From the NCBI GenBank assembly GCA_963977015.1, contig CAXBMO010000026.1, positions 1 through 64,000 on the forward strand: 64,000 nucleotides of DNA, written 5' to 3'. This stretch comes from an uncultured bacterium (GTDB lineage: Bacteria; Verrucomicrobiota; Verrucomicrobiia; Verrucomicrobiales; DEV007). A model generated the notes under the pieces. The model saw only the letters and a program-made list of their open reading frames with translations. It ran no database searches and was not told the origin of the DNA. The translations under genes and the position numbers were made by a program. Below are positions 35,112 to 44,322 of this stretch, piece after piece; the stretch's first letter is position 1, and every line of letters begins with the position of its first letter.

Positions 35112-38100
35112 ATGAGCGAAGCATACGAACTTCAGAACCGCCTCCAGCGTCCGCTTTTCAACATTGATGAGTATCCCGGAGGGACCGAGGTCTCGAACGA
35201 GGATCTGGTTTCGAAATCCGAATACCGCAAGTGCTACCGCGTCGATCCGGTGACGGGGCATATCGTCGCGTTGAATCTGAGGAATTGTGGCCTCGGCGAT
35301 GAAGGAGCCCAAACTACCCTTCAGTCCCTCCCGTCCCTGGTTTTTCTCTCACTGGGGAACAATTCCCTGCAAGACGCAGGCTTCCTGCGCGAGCTTTCCA
35401 GCCTCGTGTCTCTCGACCTTAGTTCCAACCAAATCGCTGACTATAGCTTCCTGCGCGAGCTTACCAGTCTCCAATCTCTCGACCTCAGTTCCAACCAAAT
35501 CGCTGACGCAAGCTTCCTGCGCGAGCTTTCCAGCCTCGTGTCTCTCAACCTCAGTGACAACCAAATCGCTGACGCAAGCTTCCTGCGCGAGCTTTCCAGC
35601 CTCCTATCTCTCAACCTCGATTACAACATAATCGCTGACTATAGCTTCCTGCGCGAGCTTTTCAGCCTCCAAACTCTCAACCTCCGTTTCAACAAAATCG
35701 CTGACTATAGCTTCCTGCGCGAGCTTTCCAGCCTCCAAACTCTCAACCTCAGTTCCAACAAAATCGCTGACGCAAGCTTCCTGCGCGAGCTTTCCACCCT
35801 CCAATCTCTCAACCTCAGTTCCAACGGAATCGCTGACTATAGCTTCCTGTGCGAGCTTTCCAGCCTCCAATCTCTCGACCTCAGTGGCAATCAAATCGCT
35901 GACGCAAGCTTCCTGCGCGAGGTTTCCAGCCTCCAATCTCTCGACCTTAGTTCCAACCAAATCGCTGACGCAAGATTCCTGCGCGAGCTTACCAGCCTCC
36001 AATCCCTCGACCTCAGTTCCAACCAAATCGCTGACTATAGCTTCCTGCGCGAGCTTTCCAGCCCCCAATCTCTCGACCTCAGTTACAACCAAATCGCTGA
36101 CTATAGCTTCCTGCGCGAGCTTTCCACGCTCCAATCTCTCAACCTTGGGAGCAACCAAATCGCTGACGCAAGCTTCCTGCGCGAGCTTACCAGCCTCCAA
36201 TCTCTCGACCTCAGTTCCAACAAAATCGCTGACGCAAGCTTCCTGCGCGAGCTTACCAGCCTCCAATCTCTCGACCTCAGGAACAACAAAATCGCTGACG
36301 TTTCTCCCATCTTTCAGTTGATTTCGCCCAAGACGGGTCGTTCCAACCTGCGCACGGTGGATTTGTTCGAGAACCAAATTCGCGAACTTTCCCGTGAAAT
36401 GCTGGCGCTGGGGCCGGAATTGGAAGCTGGGTCCGAACGCTCATGGAACTCTCTCCCCGGCTCGATCAGGTTCTCCGGCAAGCCGATCGAGAGCCTTGCG
36501 CCCGAAGTATGGCAGCAAGGCCATCAGGCGATCACTGATTGGTTCGGATTCGATTGGTTGGAACGGAAACGTTCGTAGTTGACGGCTTCTACCCAGGATG
36601 ACAGCCAAGCCGCCGTTGGTCCACCGCTCCACGAAGCCAAACACCTTGTCGTCGGCAATGGTGCGGTTGGTAAAACCTCGATCATTAAACAACTAACAAC
36701 TGCGGGGCGAAGCCTTCGACGGCAACGAAACCCAGATCCATGGAATCCGGCGGCATACCCCGGATGGCGAAGCGGATGCGGAGAATTGCGCCTGGTGTGG
36801 CGAGGTAAGGCTGCATGTGTGGGACTTTGGAGGGCAGGATATCATGCATGCGACCCATCAATTTTTTCTGACCCGGCGCAGCGTTTATCTGCTCGTGCTC
36901 AATATCCGGATCAGCGAGGAACAGAACCGGCTGGAGTATTGGCTGCGGATGATCCAGAACTTCGGTGGAGGTTCGCCGGTGATTGTAGCTTGCAACCAGA
37001 GTGATGAGCAAGGCATGGATCTGGACTGGGACGGACTGCGCAAGAAGTATCCGCAGGTCGTGAGCTTCGTCCGCCGCGTGAGTTGCCTGAAAGGAGAGGG
37101 AATCGAGGACCTGAGAACGGAGATTGGTAGAATCGTGGGAAGTCCGCAGGCGATGCCGCTGGTGCATCAGCCGTTTCGCGCGGCTGGGCGGCGCGTGAAA
37201 GATCGGCTGGAGGCGGAGATCACTCAGGAAATTAGCCGGACGCGGTATGAGACGATTTGCGATGAAGGGCAGGTGGGCGAGGGGAGCCCGCGAGAGACAT
37301 TGCTCGGCGTACTTCATGCGCTTGGCTCGATCCTTCACTTTGGCAGCGATCACGAGCGTTCCATGGTGCGGGAAAAACATGCGGGCCAGGAGACGTTTGT
37401 GCGGAATCCCGGTTGGGTGACTTCGGCGGTTTACAAGATCCTGAACGAGACTTCGGTGAAGGAGCAGAAAGGCGTCTTGGCGATGGCGCAATTGCCGGGA
37501 TTGCTCGCGGAGGTGGAGAACAACTACCATTACACCGGGCGCGAGAAGTTCTTCATCGATCTGATGGAAGACTTTGATTTGTGTTTCCGCTTTGAAGGCG
37601 ATGAGGAGCGCGTCTGGATTCCGGACCTTTCCACGAAGCAGGCGATCTCGGCTGGCGATTGGGCCAAGGAAGTCGTCTTTCGCTACGAGTATGATGTGTT
37701 GCCCACCTCGGTGATGACGCGCTTTCTGGTGAAGATGCATCCGATGCTGTTGGGGCGCGATAGTTTCTGGAGGAAGGGCGCGATTTTGGAGCGGAACGGG
37801 ATTCGGGCCTTGGTGACGGCGGATGAGGCGGATGGGTTTGTCGAGATTTGGATGGACCGGAGTGAGGAGGCGTGGAGCGATGCGCGGCGCGAGTTTTTCG
37901 GCTTGATCGGGACGGCGTTGGAAGACATCCACGAATCTTTTCAGGATCGGTTGGGATTGGAGGAGAAGGTTCCCGTGCCCGAGCGCGAAGGCGTGTTCCG
38001 CGATCTCGAGGAATTGGTGGAAGCGAAGCGCGAAGGGGAGACCGAGGTGTTCGTGAAAGGCAGCGGACGGGTTTCGATCGCGTCGATGCTCCCATTTTTA

Positions 38101-38739
38101 ACGACGTTGGAAACGCCGGTCTTCCAGACGAAGCCGGGTGGAGGAAAAACGGAGCTTCCCGACTCTCCCAACACGAAGAATCTTCTCTATGTGTCCTACA
38201 ACTGGAGCGAGAGTGACGCCAAGGTGACGCAGCTCTGTGAGATGGCGGAGAAACGCAACTTTGCCGTGGTTCGCGACAAGGAAGAGATCCGGGTGGGAGA
38301 CAGTATCCGCAATTTTATGAGTCGGCTCATCCAGGGCGAACGCGTGGCGCTCTTTATCGGGCCAAAGTACCTGGAGAGCCACTATTGCATGTGGGAGTTG
38401 TTCCACCTCTGGAAGGACTGCAAGGAAGATCCGGTCCAGTTTCAACGCCGGGTCGTTCCGTTCATCGATCCGGGATTGCGGTTAGGCGATCCGATCCAAC
38501 TGATCGAGCATCATCAATTCTGGATGGAGAAGTTTCGAAAGGTGGACGAGCACCGCCTGGATTGCGCGCAAAAGGGAGTCGGCATGGGTGAGTTGCAGCG
38601 ACATTGGGACTGGATGAACGATTTCCAAAGCAAGGTTCCCGACATGTTGAGCTTCGCACAGGACAAACTGATCCCGCGAGATTTTAACGAGTCGGCGGCG
38701 AACGGATTCGAGGATCTGTGGGAGCAGTTTGAGATTTAG
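35112..38739 (+). pseudogene. LRR-Roc-COR-TIR (Roco) protein gene, interrupted by an in-frame stop and a frameshift
   Basis: 22-aa LRRs; TAG at 36576-36578; P-loop VVGNGAVGKTS follows in the same frame; the 7-bp duplication AACAACT (36688-36701) shifts to the frame carrying WDFGGQD..HATHQFFLT, COR and TIR (YVSYNW...SHYCMWEL). Confidence 0.85.
35385..36308 (+). repeat. 14 tandem 66-bp LRR-coding repeats
   Basis: Unit CTGCGCGAGCTT...ATCGCTGAC(GCA/TAT)AGCTTC encoding LRELSSLQSLDLSSNQIAD(A/Y)SF. Confidence 0.95.
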
Positions 38740-38768
38740 GGACCGAATCGCCTAACGGGCATCTCAAT

Positions 38769-40988
38769 CTACTCTACTTCGTGGGCAATCACCACGGCGT
38801 TGGACTGGATCTCTACTTTCATGCCGGCGAGTTGCGCCGTATAACGCAGGGCTTCGGACAACGGAACGTTGCTGAGCCGGAGCGAAATTTTGGCGTCGCT
38901 ATCGTCGCGGATGATGAGGTTGATCCCTTTCTTTGCCGGGTCGGCTTCCTCGGTATCCAGTTGTTTGCTTCTTAGGGCGAGGAACTGGAGGGCGGATTCT
39001 ATCGGCGTGTCCTGGAATTCGATTTGCGGAATGACGATCCGTTTGAGCTTAGCTTCATAGGCCGAAATTGCCGGGTCGGGTTCCGGTGCGGCAGTCGAGC
39101 GGGGGATGAGTTTCGCGATGGCGTCGTGCGCTTTTTCCGTCGCGCGAACGATGAGCTGGTTGGTGCCGCGATTGTGAACGAGGCTGAATCCTTTTGGGCC
39201 ATCGATGCCGTGCTTCCTGGCCCATTCCATGGCGCTTGGAGAAGGGAGGTTTTCCCGCGCGACATGGTCTTCATCGAGGAAGGTGTCCGGGACCTTGTAG
39301 GCCACGACCCAAAGAAGCTGATCGTTGGCCGGAGGGAGCAGGATGACGGCGCTTTCCTCATATCGTAAGCGCAGTTGCGCGAGTTGGGCGCAATAACGCA
39401 GGGCTTCGGCCAGCGGAATGTTGCTGAGGCGAAGCGAGATCTTCACGTCAGCGGAGTCCCGTGCCTCGAGGAGGATGTTGAGCCCTTTCTTGGCCGGATC
39501 CGGTTCCGTGGTATCCAGTTGCTTGCTCCTCGCACGGAGAAAGGCGATCGCATCCTTCAGCGGTGTGTCCTGAAATTGCAGGCTTGGGATGATGATCGTG
39601 TTGGCTTTTTGTTGGAGGGTGAGGTTGTCGATCGGGTTTGGCGTTGGCGTGTTTCCGCTATCGAGCGAATTGATGAGAATGGCATTCGGCTCCACCTCAT
39701 AGGTAACGCCTCCGAGCCGGACGGTATAGCGCAAGGCGTCTTCCAGCGAGACGTTGCTGAGGTTCAGGGTTACCGGTTTGGGGCGGTGCTTGAGATCGAT
39801 GATGAAGTTGATCCCTTTTTTTGCCGGTTCCGATTCAGTGGTGTCCAGTTCGATGCTTTTTTGCGCGAGAAAGGCGATTGCATCATCGAGGGGAGTCTCG
39901 ACAAACTCGATTCGGGGAACCTGGATTCGTTTCAATTTTTCGGCGGGACCGATGATGGTTGCGGCTTCCTTCCCGGGTTCCGCGGCGATGACTTGAAGGA
40001 CGCCGATGGTTCCGCCAAGCAGGGCCAGGGTGAGGAGCAAAGGAAGGGCGACCCACCAGCGTGGCGGGCGATGCCTGCTGTTGGCCGAGACGCGGTGCAG
40101 TCGTTTCAGGACGGAAGGCGCACGGAGAAAGGTGGCTGCGGCAGGCTCGGAAACGGGGACGAGGTCGAGAGCCAATTGAGCCAGCGCCTGGCGGTAGCTT
40201 TCGACGCCACCTTTTCGGGCGGCAGCCGCATCGCAAGCCTCTTCGCAGGCGCGCAAATGGGCTGCGGCAAGCCACCAAATCAACGGGTGAAACCAAAGCG
40301 TGCAGGCCGCGAGCCGAATCAGCGGAATCCAGATGCCGTCGTTCGATCGCAGGTGGGCGGCCTCGTGCCTCAGGGCGTGAGCAGCTCCGTCCAGGTTCGA
40401 TTCGACCTGTGATTCGAAGGTTCTGGGAATGGCGATCCGGCGTTGGAACCCCGGGGCGACGAACGGCGAGCTATTTTCCGAAACGATTTTGAGTTCCACG
40501 TTGGAGAGGGCGAATTCGGATTCGATCTGTTGCCAGAGGCGGGTCAGTTTTTGAGATGGCGACGCTCCGGCGCGGACGGAGATTCTCAGGCGAGTCAGTC
40601 GCCAGATTTCCCGAAACAACGCAATGGCTGCGCCGATCGCCCAGACCCAGGTGAGGATCAGTGGCCAATTGAGAGTGTTGGGTTGCGAAAGCGGAAGGGG
40701 CGCGGTTTCGACGGTGGGTTCGCCCGTTGGATTGGGTTGGAGTGCGGTCAATTCGGGAGCCGGAGCAAGGGGGGCGGGAACGGTGAATTGCCATTTCGGG
40801 GCCCAACTGTGAGCGGCGAGCAGGAGCGGCAGAATGACGAGCGCGGTTCGTGCGATCCCGACTCTCCACCGTGGTTCGGCGCGGCCGAGCAGGTTCATAA
40901 GGCCGAGGGCCAGGAGCAAGAGGCTGGAAATTTTGAGCAAGGCTCCTCCGATTCCGTCCCAGAAGAGGAGGTGTGTGATGGTTGACAT
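38769..40988 (-). CDS. BlaR1/M56 peptidase-family sensor with three STN-like repeats and a secretin N3-like domain
   Basis: HEAAH, WFHPLIW, EEACD; three IP.IEF.DTPL.DAIAFL...KKGIN..L.LSNV.L.EALRY units; TNQLIVRATEKAHDAIAKLI. Confidence 0.85.
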   Translation of the reverse strand: MSTITHLLFWDGIGGALLKISSLLLLALGLMNLLGRAEPRWRVGIARTALVILPLLLAAHSWAPKWQFTVPAPLAPAPELTALQPNPTGEPTVETAPLPLSQPNTLNWPLILTWVWAIGAAIALFREIWRLTRLRISVRAGASPSQKLTRLWQQIESEFALSNVELKIVSENSSPFVAPGFQRRIAIPRTFESQVESNLDGAAHALRHEAAHLRSNDGIWIPLIRLAACTLWFHPLIWWLAAAHLRACEEACDAAAARKGGVESYRQALAQLALDLVPVSEPAAATFLRAPSVLKRLHRVSANSRHRPPRWWVALPLLLTLALLGGTIGVLQVIAAEPGKEAATIIGPAEKLKRIQVPRIEFVETPLDDAIAFLAQKSIELDTTESEPAKKGINFIIDLKHRPKPVTLNLSNVSLEDALRYTVRLGGVTYEVEPNAILINSLDSGNTPTPNPIDNLTLQQKANTIIIPSLQFQDTPLKDAIAFLRARSKQLDTTEPDPAKKGLNILLEARDSADVKISLRLSNIPLAEALRYCAQLAQLRLRYEESAVILLPPANDQLLWVVAYKVPDTFLDEDHVARENLPSPSAMEWARKHGIDGPKGFSLVHNRGTNQLIVRATEKAHDAIAKLIPRSTAAPEPDPAISAYEAKLKRIVIPQIEFQDTPIESALQFLALRSKQLDTEEADPAKKGINLIIRDDSDAKISLRLSNVPLSEALRYTAQLAGMKVEIQSNAVVIAHEVE

Positions 40989-41010
40989 GTTAGGCGTGAG
41001 TTTGGGGGTT

Positions 41011-41412
41011 TTAGTGCGATGATGAATCTTCGTTGCGCGCAATCTTTTCCAGTTCGGCGCGTTCTTCGGGCGATAGGGTGCGATCCTGCAAGAGTTGAGC
41101 GATGAGACCGGCTTTCGAGCCACCGGTGAACACTTCGGCCAAACCCGAGAACCAGGTCGAGAGAGCTTTTTGCTTCTTGTTGGCAGGTTGATAGTAGAAC
41201 GGCTTGCCGCGTCGCTCGCGCAAGACTTCGCCCCGCTCCATCAAGACGCGGAGGACGGAGCGCAGGGTGGCGTTGTCGATTTCCCAATCGAAGCGTTCTT
41301 CGATGTCCTGAGCCCGGAGAGCGTCGTCCGCCTGCCAGAGAATCTGCAGAATGTGAAGCTGGGTCCGGTTGAAGTCGGGAATGGGATGATCGTCAGGAGG
41401 CGTTCGGGGCAT
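41011..41412 (-). CDS. BlaI/MecI/CopY family repressor
   Basis: QLHILQILW, TLRSVLRVLMERG, GKPFYYQP, LSPEERAELEKI; directly upstream of the M56 gene. Confidence 0.9.
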   Translation of the reverse strand: MPRTPPDDHPIPDFNRTQLHILQILWQADDALRAQDIEERFDWEIDNATLRSVLRVLMERGEVLRERRGKPFYYQPANKKQKALSTWFSGLAEVFTGGSKAGLIAQLLQDRTLSPEERAELEKIARNEDSSSH

Positions 41413-41474
41413 TCTGTGAAAAAATCACAAAATGGAGGGGCGTGGCAATCCTTTTCTGTGAAAAAATCACAAAA
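41412..41474. promoter_or_regulatory. Tandem palindromic operator, probably for the BlaI-like repressor
   Basis: Exact 21-bp direct repeat TTCTGTGAAAAAATCACAAAA at 41412-41432 and 41454-41474, each containing TGTGA-N5-TCACA. Confidence 0.75.
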
Positions 41475-41500
41475 AGGGGCGAACGCCTCGTTGCAGGGAC

Positions 41501-42136
41501 TCACGAAGCTTCGTCGAGAAGGTTCATCCAGTGCTGAAGCCAGTCGGCGAACTCATACTGTCGCGGGCTGGCGTGGAGATCGTAGCCGACTTTTTGGATG
41601 ACCTCTTCAGGGGAGACCATCTCGAAGTTCATCTGCACGAGGGAAGGGGAGTGGCTGACGGTGCCGCCGAGGGCCGTCCACCATCCTTGAATGGCCGCGT
41701 TCGAGGGACGGGCATAGCCGACGATTCGGCGGAGGCCCAGGTTCCAACCTTCGATCCAAAGAATCGAAAACAACAGGGTGGCGAAACCCTTGCGGTGCCA
41801 GGCATCGGCAACGGTGAAGGAGGCTTCGGCCTGGCGATCCGCTTCGAGATCGAGCCAAAGCGAGGCTCCACCAAATCCCGGAGCGTCCTGATTTTGAGCA
41901 TCCATCGCGAGCCACGTCACCTGCTGCTCGTTGGCGGTGTTGGAAAGGTATTCCGCAAGATCGTGGTTGGCGGAGATTTGGGAGAAGCGCTTGCGAAACG
42001 AGGATTCGGACAAGAGCGCCAAGGCCCGTTGGACCCGCTCGGTGTCGCCGGGCTGGATGGGGCGAAGACGCACCGCCAAGCCATCCTCCAATTGGACGTC
42101 GAGCGGGGTGAGCTCACGAAGGGATCGCGCTTTCAT
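41501..42136 (-). CDS. GNAT N-acetyltransferase
   Basis: LEDGLAVRLRPIQPGD, AEASFTVADAWHRKGFAT. Confidence 0.8.
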   Translation of the reverse strand: MKARSLRELTPLDVQLEDGLAVRLRPIQPGDTERVQRALALLSESSFRKRFSQISANHDLAEYLSNTANEQQVTWLAMDAQNQDAPGFGGASLWLDLEADRQAEASFTVADAWHRKGFATLLFSILWIEGWNLGLRRIVGYARPSNAAIQGWWTALGGTVSHSPSLVQMNFEMVSPEEVIQKVGYDLHASPRQYEFADWLQHWMNLLDEAS

Positions 42137-42228
42137 GGCGAAACGATAGGAGCGAACTTCATCGGAACAAGGGATTCGAACCCCACATTTTTTCGCTGAT
42201 TGGGTCCCAAGGCAATGGCAAACGCCCT

Positions 42229-43437
42229 CTAGGCGGTTTGCGTGACCAATCCCCTGGAAGCCGGTTTCGATTCCGTGGGACGATAGGTCAATGTGAGGAA
42301 GGCGACGCAGAGAATCACAATCGCGAGAAAGATGTAGTCACGAACGGGGCCGCCATAGACGCCATTGACGACGACGGCCAGGGTGACGATGGCAAGAGGG
42401 AGGATCTGTTTGAGGGCAAAGCTGAGATTGGTGATCTTGATAACGTGGATGATCAGCAACGGAAGCGAGGAGAGCAGCGAGATGCCCAGCGCGGGAATGA
42501 CGGTGAGTTGCTCGTGATACACGATGACCGCAAAGACGATGAAGAAGAGCGAGTAGGTTAGGGCGAGGAGCGAAAAGTGGCCGAGGCGAAATCCGTCAAG
42601 ACGCCCCGGTTCGTCCCGCTCGTTCATCGTCAAGAACCCGCCGCCAAAGAGAAGGACGGCCAGCGCCATGTAGCGGAACAGCTGGATGAGGCGCCCCGCC
42701 GGACTGTCCGCGCCGGGAACATTGACGACAATCTGCCGATTCGTGACGAGATTGTCGAAACTCCATTCCACCGTATCGCCATCGACTGAAGTGGGAGTGA
42801 GGCTGTAGTCGGCGACCTGCTTGTCGGGAGTTTCGCTGAGGTCGAGCGTGAGGCGCAGTTGTTCGAGCCGCCGCGCCGGGGGCATCACGAATTGAAGGCG
42901 ATCACGACCGAGAATGGAGTAGCGGATCTGGGCGAGAATCGGCTCAGTTGAGGTCGTTTCCGGTTTCCAGAGAATGCCGCGTTGATGATAGCTGACGTCA
43001 TCCGGCTCGATGAAGGTGCCATCCTCCTGTTCGACCGCGAGTTGGATGTCCCAGGCTTCGATGGTGCCTTCAGGAAAGGGGATGTTGAGGAGAACCTGGT
43101 CGTCGAGATCCTGCCGGAGTGGGCGAAACACAATCTCGCCTTCAGCCGTGAGGCGAAACCGATTGAACACTTCCAAACCGATTCGCTGATAGTCGGCGGC
43201 AAGGGCCATCTCCAGGTCGAATCGTTCAATCAGCGGAGGCGCCGAGTTCGCCTGGGTTGCGAGGGCGCGATCCACCACCTCATCGTATTGAAGGAGGGCT
43301 TTGGCTTTCACGCGATCTTTGACGCTCATGGCCGCGGGAAGCGCGACGCTTGCGAGGATGGCGACAACCGTGACCACGGTCAGAAGTTCAATGAGTGTGA
43401 ATCCGGCAGGGTGATGAGGCAGGGGGCGAGTTTTCAT
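42229..43437 (-). CDS. Prepilin-type N-terminus fused to a CreD-like inner-membrane domain
   Basis: GFTLIELLTVVTVVAIL; C-terminal ~5 TM region with HFSLLALTYSLFFIVF. Confidence 0.6.
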   Translation of the reverse strand: MKTRPLPHHPAGFTLIELLTVVTVVAILASVALPAAMSVKDRVKAKALLQYDEVVDRALATQANSAPPLIERFDLEMALAADYQRIGLEVFNRFRLTAEGEIVFRPLRQDLDDQVLLNIPFPEGTIEAWDIQLAVEQEDGTFIEPDDVSYHQRGILWKPETTSTEPILAQIRYSILGRDRLQFVMPPARRLEQLRLTLDLSETPDKQVADYSLTPTSVDGDTVEWSFDNLVTNRQIVVNVPGADSPAGRLIQLFRYMALAVLLFGGGFLTMNERDEPGRLDGFRLGHFSLLALTYSLFFIVFAVIVYHEQLTVIPALGISLLSSLPLLIIHVIKITNLSFALKQILPLAIVTLAVVVNGVYGGPVRDYIFLAIVILCVAFLTLTYRPTESKPASRGLVTQTA

Positions 43438-43509
43438 CCCCGGAGAATGAACCCGGATTGTTACCGGTTCGTGACCGGATTCAGAGCGTCCAGTGATTTC
43501 CGAACGGCG

Positions 43510-44292
43510 CTAAGCCTCCGGTGTCCCCGCTACCTTGATCGGAGCAGGAACTCCCATTTCGCGCGGTTGGGTGTCGAAAACGTAGACGTCGAGAACGGCT
43601 TTGACGCGGGCGAAGACTTCGCGGATCCGGCTTTTGGCGGATTGATGGACATCGACACCGGGCGCGGCAAAGCCGACGACGTGGTGCTTGTGATGCGAGG
43701 CGAGAAAAACGGCCCGGGTGACGTGAAAATCGTCGGTGATGATGGTGTAATGCTCCTGGCCGAAGATCTTGTTGGCCCGGACGACGGAATCGAGCGTGCG
43801 AAAGCCGGATTCGTCCTGCGTGATGGCGGTATCGGGGACGCCAAGCTTGCCCAGTGCCGTTTGCATGTCCTTCGGTTCGTTGTAATAACGAGAATTATTG
43901 GAGCCACTCACCAATAGATGCTGCACCTTTCCCATTTTGAAGAGCTCCGCCGCCGCATTGACGCGAGTCGTGAAATGGGCGTTGGGCCGATTGGGGCCGA
44001 CATTCTTGGAGGTGCCCAAAACGACCCCCACCGCGTTTTCCGGAACTTCGTCGGGAGACCGAAACACTTTGTCCTGCGTAGAAAGTGAGACCAGTAGGTT
44101 GCAAAAGATGACAAAACCAGCCAACAACAGGAACGGGATGGCGAGAAGGCTCACCATCTTTCCAGATTTTCGGCGTATTTTGTTTTCGGCGGCCACGAGT
44201 GCAAGGTGATGAGCATCCTCCCAACCGAATTCGGAGGAACCAGCGTTGAGGCTGTTGCTCGAAAAATTTACACGGTCTGGATTCGTTGTCAT
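43510..44292 (-). CDS. sanA: SanA/YdcF (DUF218) protein
   Basis: GVVLGT, LLVSG..YNEP..M, DESGFRTLDSVVRA, FHVTRA, REVFARVKAVLD. Confidence 0.85.
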   Translation of the reverse strand: MTTNPDRVNFSSNSLNAGSSEFGWEDAHHLALVAAENKIRRKSGKMVSLLAIPFLLLAGFVIFCNLLVSLSTQDKVFRSPDEVPENAVGVVLGTSKNVGPNRPNAHFTTRVNAAAELFKMGKVQHLLVSGSNNSRYYNEPKDMQTALGKLGVPDTAITQDESGFRTLDSVVRANKIFGQEHYTIITDDFHVTRAVFLASHHKHHVVGFAAPGVDVHQSAKSRIREVFARVKAVLDVYVFDTQPREMGVPAPIKVAGTPEA

Positions 44293-44322
44293 GCCTAAAT
44301 CAAAGGTCCGTCAAAACCAGTT

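Noticed and set aside
35385-36308. 66-bp periodic array as CRISPR or a DGR template
   Set aside because: It encodes in-frame LRRs; there are no unique spacers, no reverse transcriptase and no separate template repeat.
41415-41471. CRP-binding sites
   Set aside because: The spacer is 5 bp rather than the 6 bp CRP requires; the position favours an operator for the adjacent BlaI-like repressor.
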